DNA of 64,000 bases from Sphyrna mokarran (Eukaryota), in assembly GCA_024679065.1 (NCBI GenBank), contig JAGIQG010000007.1, forward strand, positions 58,032,001 through 58,096,000. The letters run 5' to 3'. The notes beneath the pieces were generated by a model. It had not been told where the DNA came from, ran no database searches, and saw nothing but the letters and a program-made list of their open reading frames with translations. Made by a program: the position numbers and the translations under genes. The number at the start of each line of letters is the position of its first letter. The stretch's first letter is position 1. Of the stretch, positions 39,400 through 52,093 are shown one piece after another.

Positions 39400-41112
39400 T
39401 GTTGGTGATGCTTCAATAGTGCTGGCCTTGGAGGATTCCTCAGTGCCTCCCTCTGAGGTGTCATCCAGGGGGTCGTGGGCCCAGAGTAGCAGGGGCAGCG
39501 CCAACATCCCAAAGGGCACTGTTCCTCCGAGTCTAGAGCTGCAATAAAAAGCCCATGTTAGGGGAAGAGAGATAAAACATTCTGTGCAGCATTGCTTTTA
39601 CTTCGAGGAGGACATAGTTGAGGGTAGTGCCTGCTCACTTGCATCCTGGCTGCCGACCTATCTGACTGTGACCATTTGGAATGCCCTATGACTCCCTGCC
39701 AACTCCATGGCACACTCCTCGATGATGGTCAGCTACCGCGAGTCAGGCACACCACTAACAGTCTGTGTCATCTCATATAACTTGTGACTGTTCTTCTTCT
39801 GTGGGAATGTAAGATAAATAGCAAGCATTATCATATTGCAGTGCATGGTATGCAATGCTTGCCTGTGTCTCAGGCATTGTGCTGGCAGTTTCAGAGAAAG
39901 GGGTCATCACTTAAAGGATGCTTGTTGAGGGGTGAGGGGAAGGGGTTAGATTTTGTTCCTGGACGAAGGATAACTTGTCGCATGCCCTTCAGGTATCTAA
40001 GCATGGTTTGAGATCCATGCCTAGCACGTGTGGGGTTCCAAGTGCGATGCTCACTCATGCTTGCTGCTCGAAGAAGGCCATATATTTTTTTCCAACACTG
40101 CCTGCCAGAGCGTGGTGTCAGGCTCCTGGTGTTCACCACTTCTTCCATCTCCTCCCACAATGCCTTGGCAGACGCACCCCTTGGGTGAGGGCCCTGGCTG
40201 GAAAGATCTGCTCACACCTCTTCTCTATGGCATCTAGCAGGTGTCCTGCCGGCCTCTGTAAATCTGGGTGCAGGCTTGCATGCAGCTATCTTTGTGACGT
40301 GACTGACTATGTGTCCATTACCACAGCTTATATACAACTCTGGTTTATTAGGGGAGTGCAGGTGCAGTGAGTGTGGCCAGTCAAGGGCCTGTTGGCAACA
40401 AATACTTGTGAGAAATTTTGAAGGCTGCATTCAGTTGAGTGTCACTCATCCCCCGGGGTGCTGATCAGCTGCCATTCAATAGGCTGCTCTATCCGCGAGG
40501 GGGAGGGGAGGTGTAAAACTCTAGGCTCCCATTCAAGAGAGGGAATACTCAAAAGCTGGGGTTGTGCAAGTCAGTACAACACAAATTCTCTGCAAAGAAG
40601 CAATGAGAATACTATGTTCAAGGGATGGAGAGATGAGATACCCGCATTATTCAGATCCATGAGGGCGTGGGGTGAGCAGACATCATGTCTGTGTCTGGAA
40701 GGAGGGGGGTTGCAACAATGTCTATATCGGGGAGAGGGCCTAGTGATGTCTGTATGGGGATTGTGAGCAGATTGTGGGGGGAGAGAGGCCAGCGAAGATT
40801 ATAGGAGGGGTTTTGGGGATGAGTGATGAGGCCAGTGATGTCTGTGGAGATTGGATGGCAACAATCTGGGTGTTGGATGGTCTTCTTAGCGATCTCCCAG
40901 TGATGTGTGCATACGCGTGTTCCTACTCATCCCACTGATTTCACGCTCATTGGTGTGAACAGGCCCCACTCCCTGAGCTTTTAATGAGATTCCCAATTGT
41001 GACCTCTGCATTGCATAGAGTGGGGAGATTCGGCTCTGAAGTTGCACTGAAAAAACAGTCATAATCTAAACCAATTTTCTTGTCAATTCAGTGCTATTGG
41101 GAGAATTGCTTC
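39400..41112 (-). mobile_element. Degenerate Harbinger element with Myb/SANT accessory gene relic
   Basis: Minus strand KPAPRFTEA and WEEMEEVVNTRSLTPRSGRQCWKKIYGLLRAA (trihelix Myb/SANT), second exon near 39640-39800 (..GVPDSR*LTIIEECAMELAG); TIR-like end gggagaattgc near 41110. Confidence 0.75.
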
Positions 41113-42419
41113 CACTATAGCAAACAGTGAAGGAAATACAAAATGAGTGCTTTGTCTCAGCTTTCACAGAGGAAGAGAACATTGGGATTGCAGAATCTCT
41201 AGAGCCAGGCCTGGAGCAGCTTGTGAGCTTTCTAGTTAAAGTTCCACTGAGATATGGAAATTTACTTTTGAGACCTCGAGAGAAAAAGAGGCTCGGAGTA
41301 TAATTTTTCATTCTTTGGCACTTCTTGGGAGGGGAAAAGCTGAGAGACAAGAGCCAGGATAAGTCAGGCAGATTTCACTTGTTGGCAAACAACTTCACCT
41401 GTACTTTCTGTTTTCAACCACTTTTTCCACCACCATAACTTGAGTGAAAGGGATGGACAGAACTCTCCCCATTTTGCATTGTGTTTTAGTTTAATGGGAG
41501 TGAATCAATACTGTTAAAAGCTCTCACCTTAATCAAAAGAGAGTCTATTTTTAATATTCATTTGAGGTGCAACCATCCCTCATTCATTTCCTGGGTTCCA
41601 GAATGAAGAATATTGCTTCAAAAAGATGAAAAGGTAACGGCTGTGACAATGGATTAATTCTTACAGTCAACTGTTGAAGCAAATCTTATGTTTTAAAAAA
41701 GGACCTAAATGTTTCTACAAAAGAAATATGAGAAGATATGACGATCAAGTGGGAGAGTCTGGTAATGCACTTGGAGGAAAACTTGAGCAAAGATTTGATG
41801 GACTGAATGATTTGTGGTTGTGTAAAATTCAATCATTCTTTGACATTTATCCACGAAGCCACAGATAAGCAATATTTTTGAGATGTTCTTATGTCTCAGT
41901 ATCAGTGCTGCCATCAGACTTTTGAATGGACCTGCCTTATATTAAGTTGTTATTTACCTACACCTTAGCTATGACTGTAACATTACATTCTGCACCTTCT
42001 ACTTTCCTTCTCCCCTTTGTATCCTATGTATGGTATGCTTTGTACAAGTTACAATACTTTTCACTGTATACCAACATGTGTGACAATAATACATCAAATC
42101 AAATATGTTGGGAGGCTACTCACTGAGGTGGCTTTAACAACCTAATTTGATAATCAGGAGCACTCAGGCTATTTTAAATTTTTCTAGAGTAAAAGAGTAG
42201 CTGTTCACCGAGCTAAGATCAAACTAAGAAGGAAATATTGAACCACTGGTCCATGTGGTTTAGTCCCATACTTGGTGGAGTTACTCACTAGATGAATGGG
42301 AGATTAGATTTGTATTGGGAATTACATAAAATTTTCATCATTAGATTCAATTTATGAACCTATGAGAAAAAGAGGGACAGGCTCATCCAATCCGTCTGAT
42401 ATCACAGCGATGGTTAAAG

Positions 42420-43360
42420 GCAGATTGAATAGAAGTGTTCAAAATCATGAAGGATTTTCGTTGAGTATAAAAGAGGACAAACTATTTCAAATATTGGAAA
42501 GGTCAGCAACCCTAAGGGTATGAATTTAAGGTCAATGACAAAAGAAGACTGAGATGGGAGCGATATTTTCATGGAATGATCTATTATGATCTGAAGTGCA
42601 CTTAAAGGGTGATGAAAGCAGATTCAATAATAACTTTCAAAAGATGAAGGGAGAAACATTTTCTGGGCTTTGGAGAAACAACAGGGGGGGTCGACCGTAT
42701 CAGGAAGGCCTTACAAAGAGCATGGACATGATGGTCAGATGACTTTACTTTGGGTATTATTCAATGATTCTCTGGTTATTTGCTCTCTCTCTCTATCCAC
42801 CAACCACAAAACCTCCTGGAGAGGGAATTAAACTGGACAGAAAAAACAAGTCAGTTTAGGAAATTGGGAGATTGGGAAATTACTCTCCATCTCTTTGAAG
42901 ATAATCCAAAAAGTTCCAGGTGTCACTTGCGGCACATTGCTCAGTAGCTATCCATCTTCTGCATGAGGTTTTGTGGCTAGTAGCCTTATTTTCAATGCTG
43001 ACTCTGACTCTGAATCTGCTCTCACTTTTGACCTTTCTACCCATACTTCTCAGAGAGGGTGCATTTGACTAGAGTCATAGAGTATAAAAGCAAGGAAGGT
43101 ACAATAAACATGTATAAGACACTGGTTCGGCCTTAACTAAAGTAGCATGTGAAGCCATTGCAGAGGGTTCAAAAAAGATTCATGAGAATGATTCCAGGAA
43201 TGGGAAACTTTAAATTGGAGAAACTGGGATATTATTCATGGGGACAACTAAGAGCAGATATAAGAGAAGTGTTCAATATGATGAGGGGTGTGAAGAGAGA
43301 ATAGCGGTTCCCATTAGCAGAATGATGGAAAACTACAGGGTATTAATTGACAAAAGAAAC
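42420..43360 (+). mobile_element. Two old CR1 3' fragments (42420-42770, 43060-43360)
   Basis: gaagtgttcaaaatcatgaagg (EVFKIMK), YKTLVRP*L.Y and QRVQKRF.RMIPGM remnants. Confidence 0.6.
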
Positions 43361-43479
43361 AATGTTTCAGGTCAGGATGGAGATATTTGAAGGGTGGAGG
43401 GGATGTTTCATAGTGGGATGGGTGGGGTTGGTAGTGGGAATAGGAGGTTCAATTAAAATGGTGATTAACTTGACTTTGA

Positions 43480-43830
43480 GAAGCAGATTGCACATCTTCA
43501 GCATCCACTTACAGATCTGCTCCATGTAACTCTCCATCACTGATCTCTCGATGGAGGAGGCCATGTGTGCAGAAGAGAGGGAGATTGCAGCACTCATGGC
43601 CTGGATGGACTCCTCCACAGTCTGAGCCAAGGTGTAGATACCCTCTGGAATCTCTGCCTGATCTTCACACAACTCATGCTGAACTTTGAGCATATGCTAC
43701 TCACAGATGACTCCAGCGACCCCATCACGAGCCCAGGTCTCAGCAGGGACCTGGCCTCTCGCAATCCTCCCGGTGTCAGTGGCCTTGGCTATCACAGCCT
43801 CTGACAGGTGCTCAGGAATGTACACTGTAG
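43480..43830 (-). mobile_element. Harbinger accessory-gene last-exon relic
   Basis: MLKVQHELCEDQAEIPEG...VEESIQAM...MASSIER coiled-coil segment homologous to 1420-1600. Confidence 0.55.
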
Positions 43831-44289
43831 ACTCACTCCAAACTGTATTCCTGAATCCACTCAGAAACATATACCAACTGAGATCAAAGTGTGTATGCTG
43901 GTGAAGGATGCAGGGGAATGATGTGACAATAGTCCTCTGATAGCCTCTGTTCTTCTTCAGTGGTGGATAAATGGTCCACCAAGATGGCAGCCCTCTGTTC
44001 CTGTTGTTGATCTGTGAGGGAAAACAGAACGAAGGGTGCTTCTCACTCCAGGCACTGAATCTGCTGCAGTTCACATCTGTCTATAAGTTGGGGGATTCAT
44101 TTGCTTTATTCCAAGAGGATGCAAGACTTGGGGTTTTCACACTTTCACCATGAAGTAAGTCAAGGTTTATTTGTTTAAGTGGAGTGTTCACCTCTTTGTG
44201 ATCCTGGGGAAGAGGACCTCTCACCTTGCCCAAGTAGCTTAGAGGAGAACATGCACAGAATCACCATTGAGCCTTGGGGTTTTTAGGTT

Positions 44290-45049
44290 TTTGGATCAGA
44301 GGTTATTGCAAATGCTACTCAAAATATGCTAACACTGAACAGAATGAATTAGATATTGTTTTACTTAAGACTTTGAAAAATTCTTCAAGCACTGTATGCA
44401 TTTTCTTTAACAGCAACTCTATCAGAAGATACAGGTATCTTTCCCATGCATTCCAATCACACTAAATACCCAACAATGGACATTATTCCCTTTTATGCAC
44501 ACCAGGGTTGAGATTCCTGGGACTAATTGGGAGAGAAATTGAGCCTTGAGTTTCTCTTCTTGCCAAGTTATTTTCTGCTGTAGTTTCTGAGGAGGATGGT
44601 GGGGTCCATTTAAACAAGGCATCAACATTTACTTTCACATCAAGCAATGGCACAGCTGCTACCTCAATCCTCACCTCTGACCACCAGGTGGTCAGTCAAA
44701 CTGCCTGTCAACCAGCCATCAATGAGTCAACTGGTCTGATATCACTCAGGAAACTGGAGTCAGAGTGGCTGGGCCTTTTTAATCTGCTTTCAGTTCTGCC
44801 TTTTCTCTCCCAATGGGTTCCAGAAATCCCAACTCTGGTGTGTATAAAAGGGAATAGTATCCATTGTTAGGTATTTGGTATGATTGGAATGCATGGGAAA
44901 GGTACTTGTATCTTCCGATAGAGTTGCTGTTAAGGAAAATACACACAGTGGTTGGAGAATTTTCCAAAGTCTTAAATAAAACAATATCTAACTCATCCGC
45001 TCAGTGTTAGCACATTTTGAGCAGCATTTGCAATAACCTCTGATCCAAA
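44290..45049. repeat. Long inverted repeat: ~250-bp arms (44290-44538, 44802-45049), 263-bp spacer
   Basis: Manual alignment of the arms gives about 85-90% identity, mostly transitions. Confidence 0.9.
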
Positions 45050-45517
45050 CACCAAACTCCAGATCTGTTTCATTGTGTCTGAATGCCAAGAGTACCAAAT
45101 GAATACCTCTGGAAATAAAACAGTCAGTGTCTCAGAGAGGAACATCTTTCAGTTCTTCCATAAGCCTTTTTCCAGACACTGCTTCCAGACTTCTCCTTCG
45201 GAGCAGCAGAAAATTCCTTAAAAGATCACTTGAATGGCCACCGTGCTGTATATCAGCTTCAGTGGCAGGGCCTGCAATTTATACCATGTCATGCTGGTTT
45301 TGTAAGACAACCCAGCTTCAGAGCACAGTTCCCAGATGAAAAATAAAACCCTACCACATTGCGGGAATTTAATGCTGTGAAATGTGCACCCAATTGGCTG
45401 ACACAGAATTAGCATCTGTCAGACTTTTTGTCCCCTCATCTTTGGAATTCCTTTTGATGTTTTCTGGAAGTTAGACAGAGAACCAATTGTGATGAACAAG
45501 CTGATCCTTCTGCATTT

Positions 45518-47548
45518 GGTCTCAAATTCCTTTCCTCGACATTATAAGTCAGAACTATCAAAAATCGGAATGAGGTGGCGGGTAGGGGGAGAGGATATTC
45601 CCCCAGAAGCACCAGCGTCAGGCGACATGTCAATTTCAAGACAGCAATCCTGGCACCAGCAATAATCATCGGGGCAGCGGAAAGTCAGGACAGGAATCCT
45701 GCTTTCCTCCCACTTGAGACCAGTTAAACTTGTCAAAAAAGTTAACTTAGAACTTCTTGGCAGGGTCAGTGGAATATTCAAAGGAAAAATGGCTTTCAGG
45801 AGTTGTCGGTTTTTGAACAGCTGGGGGCAGACAATAGGGAATCTGTCACATCTGTCATCTGCATTACCCTGACTCCATAAACAAAGATAGTGTTGCAAAG
45901 GAGGAATGAGGACTTGGTAAGCGGGTGCTTTTAATACTACGCAGGTGGCAGAAAGAGTTGGTGCTCAGTGCTCAGGCTTTGAACTCAATTAGCACCTGGT
46001 ACTGTGGGGTGGTAGAAAAGCAGGGGCTAATGATGCCAAACACAACTGGGTGGTCACCTGCCTATCTCCAGTGATGATAAAGGGCAAAAGTTTTCCTAAG
46101 AAGTGTCAAAACCCAGGTATGAGGAGTGCCTGTTGGAAGACAAAAGGCAAGGCACCAAGGCCAAACATAAGATCTATGACCAAACACAAAACTATCTGGA
46201 CATGAACGAGAACCAGTGCAGGAGACTCTGCAACTCTCCAGGCTGATGGCGACAGAGATGTGTTCCCTCATTGCTTACACAATATAACATTGAGTACCAT
46301 CCTTGCTCTGCCCACCAAAGTCACTATGCTCTTGAGCTTCTTCATGTGGGTCTCTTTCCAGTCATCAGTTGCAGACTTTAGTTGCACAGCATCTTGCTAG
46401 TCACTGACAATCTCTTTTCCATGAGCTGGACAGCATGTTTATTCAACAACCAACATGGGCTCGCAGGCACTGAGGGCATAGGGTTCAACTGCTATCACTG
46501 GAGTTCCACAGATGCAAGCATTGCCAATTGCACCAATATAGCCATTAAAACACTCATGACCAGCCAGTGATTCCATTCAATTCCATGTTCAACAACTCTC
46601 TCCATGCGTGCATTCGCTTTCAGGTGTCCATTTTTTCAGGAATCATCCCCACCTCCATTCCTGCTTTCCTGATTCCTTCATCATTCACCAATTTAGGCTG
46701 TCTCTGATATTCACTCCAACCAGTAAAGAGTGTGAATGGAACTTCGGTGATAAGACATCCTTGAAAACATGGCTAATTATCCCTTTCAGGGAAACACAGA
46801 CAGAAGCACAGAGGAGATGAAACCAATGTCACCTGCTTGCCAGGACAATCATTGAACAGGCCTTTTGTCTTCTGAAGATGCCACTCCAGTGTCTGGACAG
46901 GTCTCCTAAAAGAGTCTGAGTCATGAAAGGGAATAGTGTCCATTATTGGGTATTTAGTATGATTGGAATGAATGGGAAAGGTACCTGTATCTTCTGATAG
47001 AGTTGCTGTGGTGGTCTGCTGTGCTCTGTACAATATGGTACACCAGAGAGGTGTGAACTCGAGAGCTGTGAAATCCTGGAAGGTGGTGGAGGAGGACATG
47101 AAAAAGAAAGAGGAATTGAGGTGGGCCAAGATGAGGCTAAACATAGCAGTGTCCTTGTTGCAAAATAAGGTGGTCACCTCTTGCCACTCTGTAGCAAGAC
47201 CCTCTCCTTCATTGCTTCCAGCATTAGATCCAGGATAGCATCAATGAAGTGATGTTTTGGCTCCAGTGTGACATCTCATCTCCCCCAGTGAAGGGCAAAG
47301 CTTTGACACAAACCACAGACCCCTCCCGTAGGACAAACAGTAGCCTCTGTGATTACTGCTGGATGAAGTCCAAATCAGTCCCATGCTTCATCTCTCCCAC
47401 CTCTGTTCACACCCACAAAAGTTCTAACTGGAAAGGATGCCATAACAATGAATGGCTAACCTCTGTGAAAATCTGAATTTCAGTCAATTTAAGGCAGATT
47501 TCGGACCCAAAAACCTGTTTCCAATCTTTATGGTTAAAATTCAGTCCA
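45518..47548 (+). mobile_element. Degenerate Harbinger transposon with HARBI1-like DDE transposase pseudogene (~46150-47150)
   Basis: DSFII...W.FGDK...TWLIIPFR, QRR*NQCH..ARTIIEQAF.LLKM...CLDRS and VVVCCALYNM..QRG followed by an acidic tail; TIR-like ends ggtctcaaattc / aaaattcagtcc. Confidence 0.75.
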
Positions 47549-47740
47549 ATATATTTTTAAATACCCTTGGTTTACAAAAATGCCTATGAACTGTGCATTA
47601 AATGGTACTGGGTATATCATAGAAATATAACTGCTGATTTCTCATTTAGGTCGATAGTCAGTGATGGTGTGTTGATGAGATCATCAGCTACCCTTTGCTG
47701 GTCCCTAATGCAATTTAGTGGCAGCCTTGTAAATGGGCTC

Positions 47741-47964
47741 TGTAACAGTTATAAAGATTAGTGATCACCAGTTAGTATGATGAACTATAACTGTTTATTT
47801 ACAAGACATAAATATACTTTTATGATATTAACACTTTCAGCTCTAGGATCTACTCTGGCTACAAAAGCCCATGCTCTGCACCATGACCCTGGCACTTGTT
47901 CCCCATTGGGTGATCAAGTCACATGACCCCTCTTGTGTGCCCCTTAAAGTGGCCAGCTACTACA
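47741..47964 (-). mobile_element. Probable solo LTR (224 bp)
   Basis: TGTA...TACA termini, 5-bp flanks ggctc / ggcac (1 mismatch), AATAAA on the minus strand. Confidence 0.6.
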
Positions 47965-50130
47965 GGCACATAACCTGTTTGCCTGGCGGATGCTGAAAAT
48001 GCAAATCAGAGCCCTAAACATGGGTATCAACAGCACATTTTCTGGGTTACATTCAGTCTGTGATCATCCAGAGACTGGAAAATCTGGGTCAATATTTTAG
48101 GAATTGACTTTCTCTCCTGTTGATTATTTTATTGATATTTGCTAGTAGAAATGCATAATGCATAATTGTTTGAGATTCCAAAATTGAATTGGAGGTGTGT
48201 TTAGAGGTTAAACAGAAACTATAATTACTGGTTATTTGATTATCCCTAAACAGACAAACATCACTCCTGTTTAGTCAGGATTGTGATGGGATTTATAAAA
48301 CCTTTATAATTTAGAACACAGTTTGAATTTTTGTACTTGCAACAAATCCCAACTTTTTCCACAGGGGATGCTTTATGTAATTAAGAGGAAATTCACTGGC
48401 TGCGAAAACATTATAAATGACTACAATTGTTGATGTTGTAACTCAGATTTCAAATGACCCTTGAACTTATTGAATGAGTAGTTCAAAGCACACTAAATGC
48501 TTGATAATTATCTCTGTGTCTGAGTGCTTGCGCTTTAGATTCAGATATTTTATTAGTCTCTGAACTTTACTTCTTATTTTTTATTAAACTTGCTCTGCCT
48601 CCAGATGGGACAAGTACCAAATGCTAAAATGAAATACAAGGCCTTATTCTTCAGCTAAAACCTTTCCAAAAATTTCCTTGAGCAAGAAGTTTTAGTTTCT
48701 GTTTTACTGGAACATGCTGAGCAGTTTTTTTGTAACTTAATCATGGGAAATTAGAAAGAAGTTAAATACAGAATTTAGTGCATCATCTTTTGTGTAATTT
48801 TCCATTTTCCCTTTTCATGTTTATATTGATATATTCCTCACCATCGGACAATAGGCAAGACAGACAGGGATAAAACTGAAAAGGAAGAAAGTTAATGCCA
48901 TATAACTCAGCATTATTAGGTTGAGGTTCGAGTAATAAATTGTTTAAGCTTCCAGTCCACATTATAGATTCTTAAACTGTCTTTGAACACAGACAAAGAT
49001 AAAAGAACATCACAATTCTGTCTCTTGCTGTTCTACTGAATCAGTGACACTTCATGGCTGTTGTTGCTTTGCAGTTAATAATATTTAACAGCCACACACC
49101 TTCATTTTGACAGGAGAGAAATAGATTCTAGATGAAAATCATTATATCAGTGAAATGACTTGAAAAAGATTCACAAATAAAGTGGCACCAATCAGCATTG
49201 ACTGGTAATTATGAAGCAAGCTGTGGGGAAGGCTGGTACAGAAAGTTGAAATAAGTAATGCTAAGATAAGTTACATTGTGAGATATAAGAACATCTTTTC
49301 TCTATTTGCATTAAGCTATACCTGAAATAAATGATGCTAATGATTATAAAGAACTGAGGAAAATTATTTAGCCATACTGTCATGAATACAAAATGTACTC
49401 CAGAGGCAGGAAAATTTAAATAGGGGGTCAATGAGACCTAATGGTTTTATTTCTATCAAGCCACATTCAACTTTTCATAGCAGGATAACCATGAAATTTG
49501 ATGCAGTTTTACAATCGGCAAGACCAAGAGTGCAACAAGTGTTGATATAAATGAGCTTTCGCTGTTCAGCAGCCTTTTGTTAAAGTTATGGGTTAGATTT
49601 TTACACTGGTGCAAATTGCATACTTAAGTTTTTATTCCATTCTTAAAGTTACAAAGCCAATGCTCAGGACAAACCCAAATCCATTTTTCGCTTGTTCCAA
49701 AAACCAAGTTCATAATCCAATTCAAGGTCCCCACAAAGGAGACAAACAAGATTCAAGCTGACAAAATAAGGCATTGCACCCCACCTTGAGCTTGATCTGA
49801 TGCTTAAAAGGAAGATGTAAATGTATAATATGTATTGAGTATATGTTTAGCCCACATTTCATGATTTAATTCTGAGGTAATTAATCTAGTCATTGCCTGT
49901 TAAAGGAATCCGTTACCATGGCATCCCCTAAAATGTATGCATTAATTAACACAAAATAAAGAACCAATTTTCATTCCTATGTCAAATCAAAGTTTTTTTA
50001 AAAAATTATTTGTGGGATATGGGTGTTCCTGGCTATGATGTAGAGATGCCGGCATTGGACTGGGGTAGTAAGAACTCAGTAAGAATCTAGCAACATCAAT
50101 TTTAAATCCAACCAATTTATTTGATAGTAA

Positions 50131-50169
50131 ATTTGCGAGCTTTCGACTTTCTGTCTTCATCAGGCAAAT
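50131..50169 (-). ncRNA. Minimal type I hammerhead ribozyme, intact catalytic core
   Basis: Minus strand: ATTTGC CTGATGA a GAC agaaa GTC GAAA gc TC GCAAAT = 6-bp stem I, CUGANGA, stem II, GAAA, palindromic AGCU stem III, UC cleavage site. Confidence 0.85.
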
Positions 50170-50383
50170 GCAGTATTCTGGTCTGCAATAGCACACATAT
50201 CAACACAGACAGTCACAGATTGCTGATTAGAATGCGAATCCTTACATCTAACCTGCTATTCAAGTGTTAAAGTGGCTAACAATGTGTGTGAAGGGAATCC
50301 TGAGCATTGGTTAGAGAATTGTGTATTTTCTCCAGACAGCACAGTAAGTGAGGTTTTTTGCTAACCCAGGCAAGTTACGGGGG

Positions 50384-52093
50384 TTACAGATAGTGTGTCA
50401 TGAAGCCAAGATCCCTATTAAGACCGTCCTCATGTGTGTGGAACTTGGCTATCAGTCTCTGCTCAGTGACTCTGCGCTGTTGTGTGTCACGAAGGCCCCC
50501 TTGAAGAACATTTACCCGCAGGTCGGAGGCCGAATGCCCGTGACTGCTGAAGTGTTCGCTCACAGGAAGGGAACTGTTTTGCCTGGTGATTGTTGAGCGA
50601 TGCTCATTCACCTGCTGTCGTTGTGTCTGCATGGTCTCCCCAATGTACCATGCTTCGGGACATCCTTTCTTGCAATGTATTAGGTAGACAATGTTGGCCG
50701 AGTTGCAAGAGTACTGGTGAATGGTATCCTCACGTTTGATGATGTCGTCCATGTCTATGATCTGACATGTCTTGCAGAGGTTGCTGTGGCAGGGTTGTGT
50801 GGTATTGTGGTCTCTGTTCTCCTGAAGGTTGGGTAGTTTGCTGTGAACAATGATCTGTTTGAGGTTGTGCGGTTGTCTGAAAGCAAGAAGTGGGGGGGTG
50901 GGGATGGCCCTAGCGAGATGTTCATCGTCATCAATGATATGTTGAAGACTCCGGAGAAGATGTCGTAGCTTCTCCGCTCCGGGGAAGTACTGGACAACAA
51001 AGGGTACTCTGTCCACCGTGTCCCGTGTTCGTCTTCTGAGGAGGTCAGTGCGGTTTATCGCTGTGGCACGTCGGAACTGTCGATCAATGAGTCGAGCGCC
51101 ATATCCTGTTCTCACGAGGGCATCCTTCAGTGTCTGGAGGTGTCTGTCACGATCCTCCTCATCTGAGCAAATTCTGTGTATACGGAGGGCTTGTCCATAG
51201 GGAATGGCTTCTTTAACGTGTCTAGGGTGGAAGCTGGAGAAGTGGAGCATTGTGAGGTTGTCTGTCAGTTTGCGGTACAGTGAGGTGCTGAGGTGACCAT
51301 CCTTGATGGAGATGCGTGTGTCCAAGAATGCAACTGATTCTGGAGAATAGTCCATGGTGAGTCTGATGGTGGGATGGAACTTGTTGATATCATCATACAG
51401 TTGTTTCAATGATTGTTCACCATGAGTCCAAAGGAAAAAGATGTCATCAATGTATCTAGTATATAACTTTGGTTGAAGATCTCGTGTGGTGAAGAAGTCT
51501 TGTTCGAACCTGTGCATGAAGATGTTGGCATACTGAGGTGCGAATTTGGTCCCCATGGCTGTTCCGTGTGTCTGGATGAAAAGCTGATTGTTGAAGGTGA
51601 AGACATTGTGGTCCAAGATGAAGCGGATGAGTTGTAAAATTGCATCCGGAAACTGGCAGTTGTTGGCATTGAGTACTGAGGCAGTTGCAGCAATACCATC
51701 GTCGTGGGGGATGTTGGTGTAGAGCGCCGAGACATCCATTGTGGCAAGGAGTGTCCCTGGTTCAACTGCTCCATGTGTGCTGAGTTTCTGTAGGAAGTCC
51801 GTAGTGTCAAGACAAAAGCTGGGGGTTCTTTGTACAATGGGTTTCAGGATGCCCTCGATATAGCCGGAGAGGTTCTCACACAGGGTCCCATTGCCTGATA
51901 CGATGGGACGGCCGGGTATGTTTGCCTTGTGTATCTTTGGGAGGCAGTAGAGATCTCCAATGCGGGGAGTACGTGGAATGAGAGCCCAGAGGGTGTTCTG
52001 AAGGTCCAGATCAAAGGTTTTGATCAGAGTGTTGAGTTGACGAGTGTGTTCTTCTCTCGTCAACTCTAATGAGTTGAGAAGAACTTCTCTCAT
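50384..52093 (-). CDS. PLE reverse transcriptase plus GIY-YIG endonuclease, open 569-aa frame lacking the native N-terminus
   Basis: LPKIHK, GRPIVS, DVSALYTNIP, GTAMG, RYIDDIF, Cys linker PCHSNLCKTC, IVYLIHC...WYIGET and E...N; its ATG lies inside the repair patch, so expression is doubtful. Confidence 0.8.
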   Translation of the reverse strand: MREVLLNSLELTREEHTRQLNTLIKTFDLDLQNTLWALIPRTPRIGDLYCLPKIHKANIPGRPIVSGNGTLCENLSGYIEGILKPIVQRTPSFCLDTTDFLQKLSTHGAVEPGTLLATMDVSALYTNIPHDDGIAATASVLNANNCQFPDAILQLIRFILDHNVFTFNNQLFIQTHGTAMGTKFAPQYANIFMHRFEQDFFTTRDLQPKLYTRYIDDIFFLWTHGEQSLKQLYDDINKFHPTIRLTMDYSPESVAFLDTRISIKDGHLSTSLYRKLTDNLTMLHFSSFHPRHVKEAIPYGQALRIHRICSDEEDRDRHLQTLKDALVRTGYGARLIDRQFRRATAINRTDLLRRRTRDTVDRVPFVVQYFPGAEKLRHLLRSLQHIIDDDEHLARAIPTPPLLAFRQPHNLKQIIVHSKLPNLQENRDHNTTQPCHSNLCKTCQIIDMDDIIKREDTIHQYSCNSANIVYLIHCKKGCPEAWYIGETMQTQRQQVNEHRSTITRQNSSLPVSEHFSSHGHSASDLRVNVLQGGLRDTQQRRVTEQRLIAKFHTHEDGLNRDLGFMTHYL

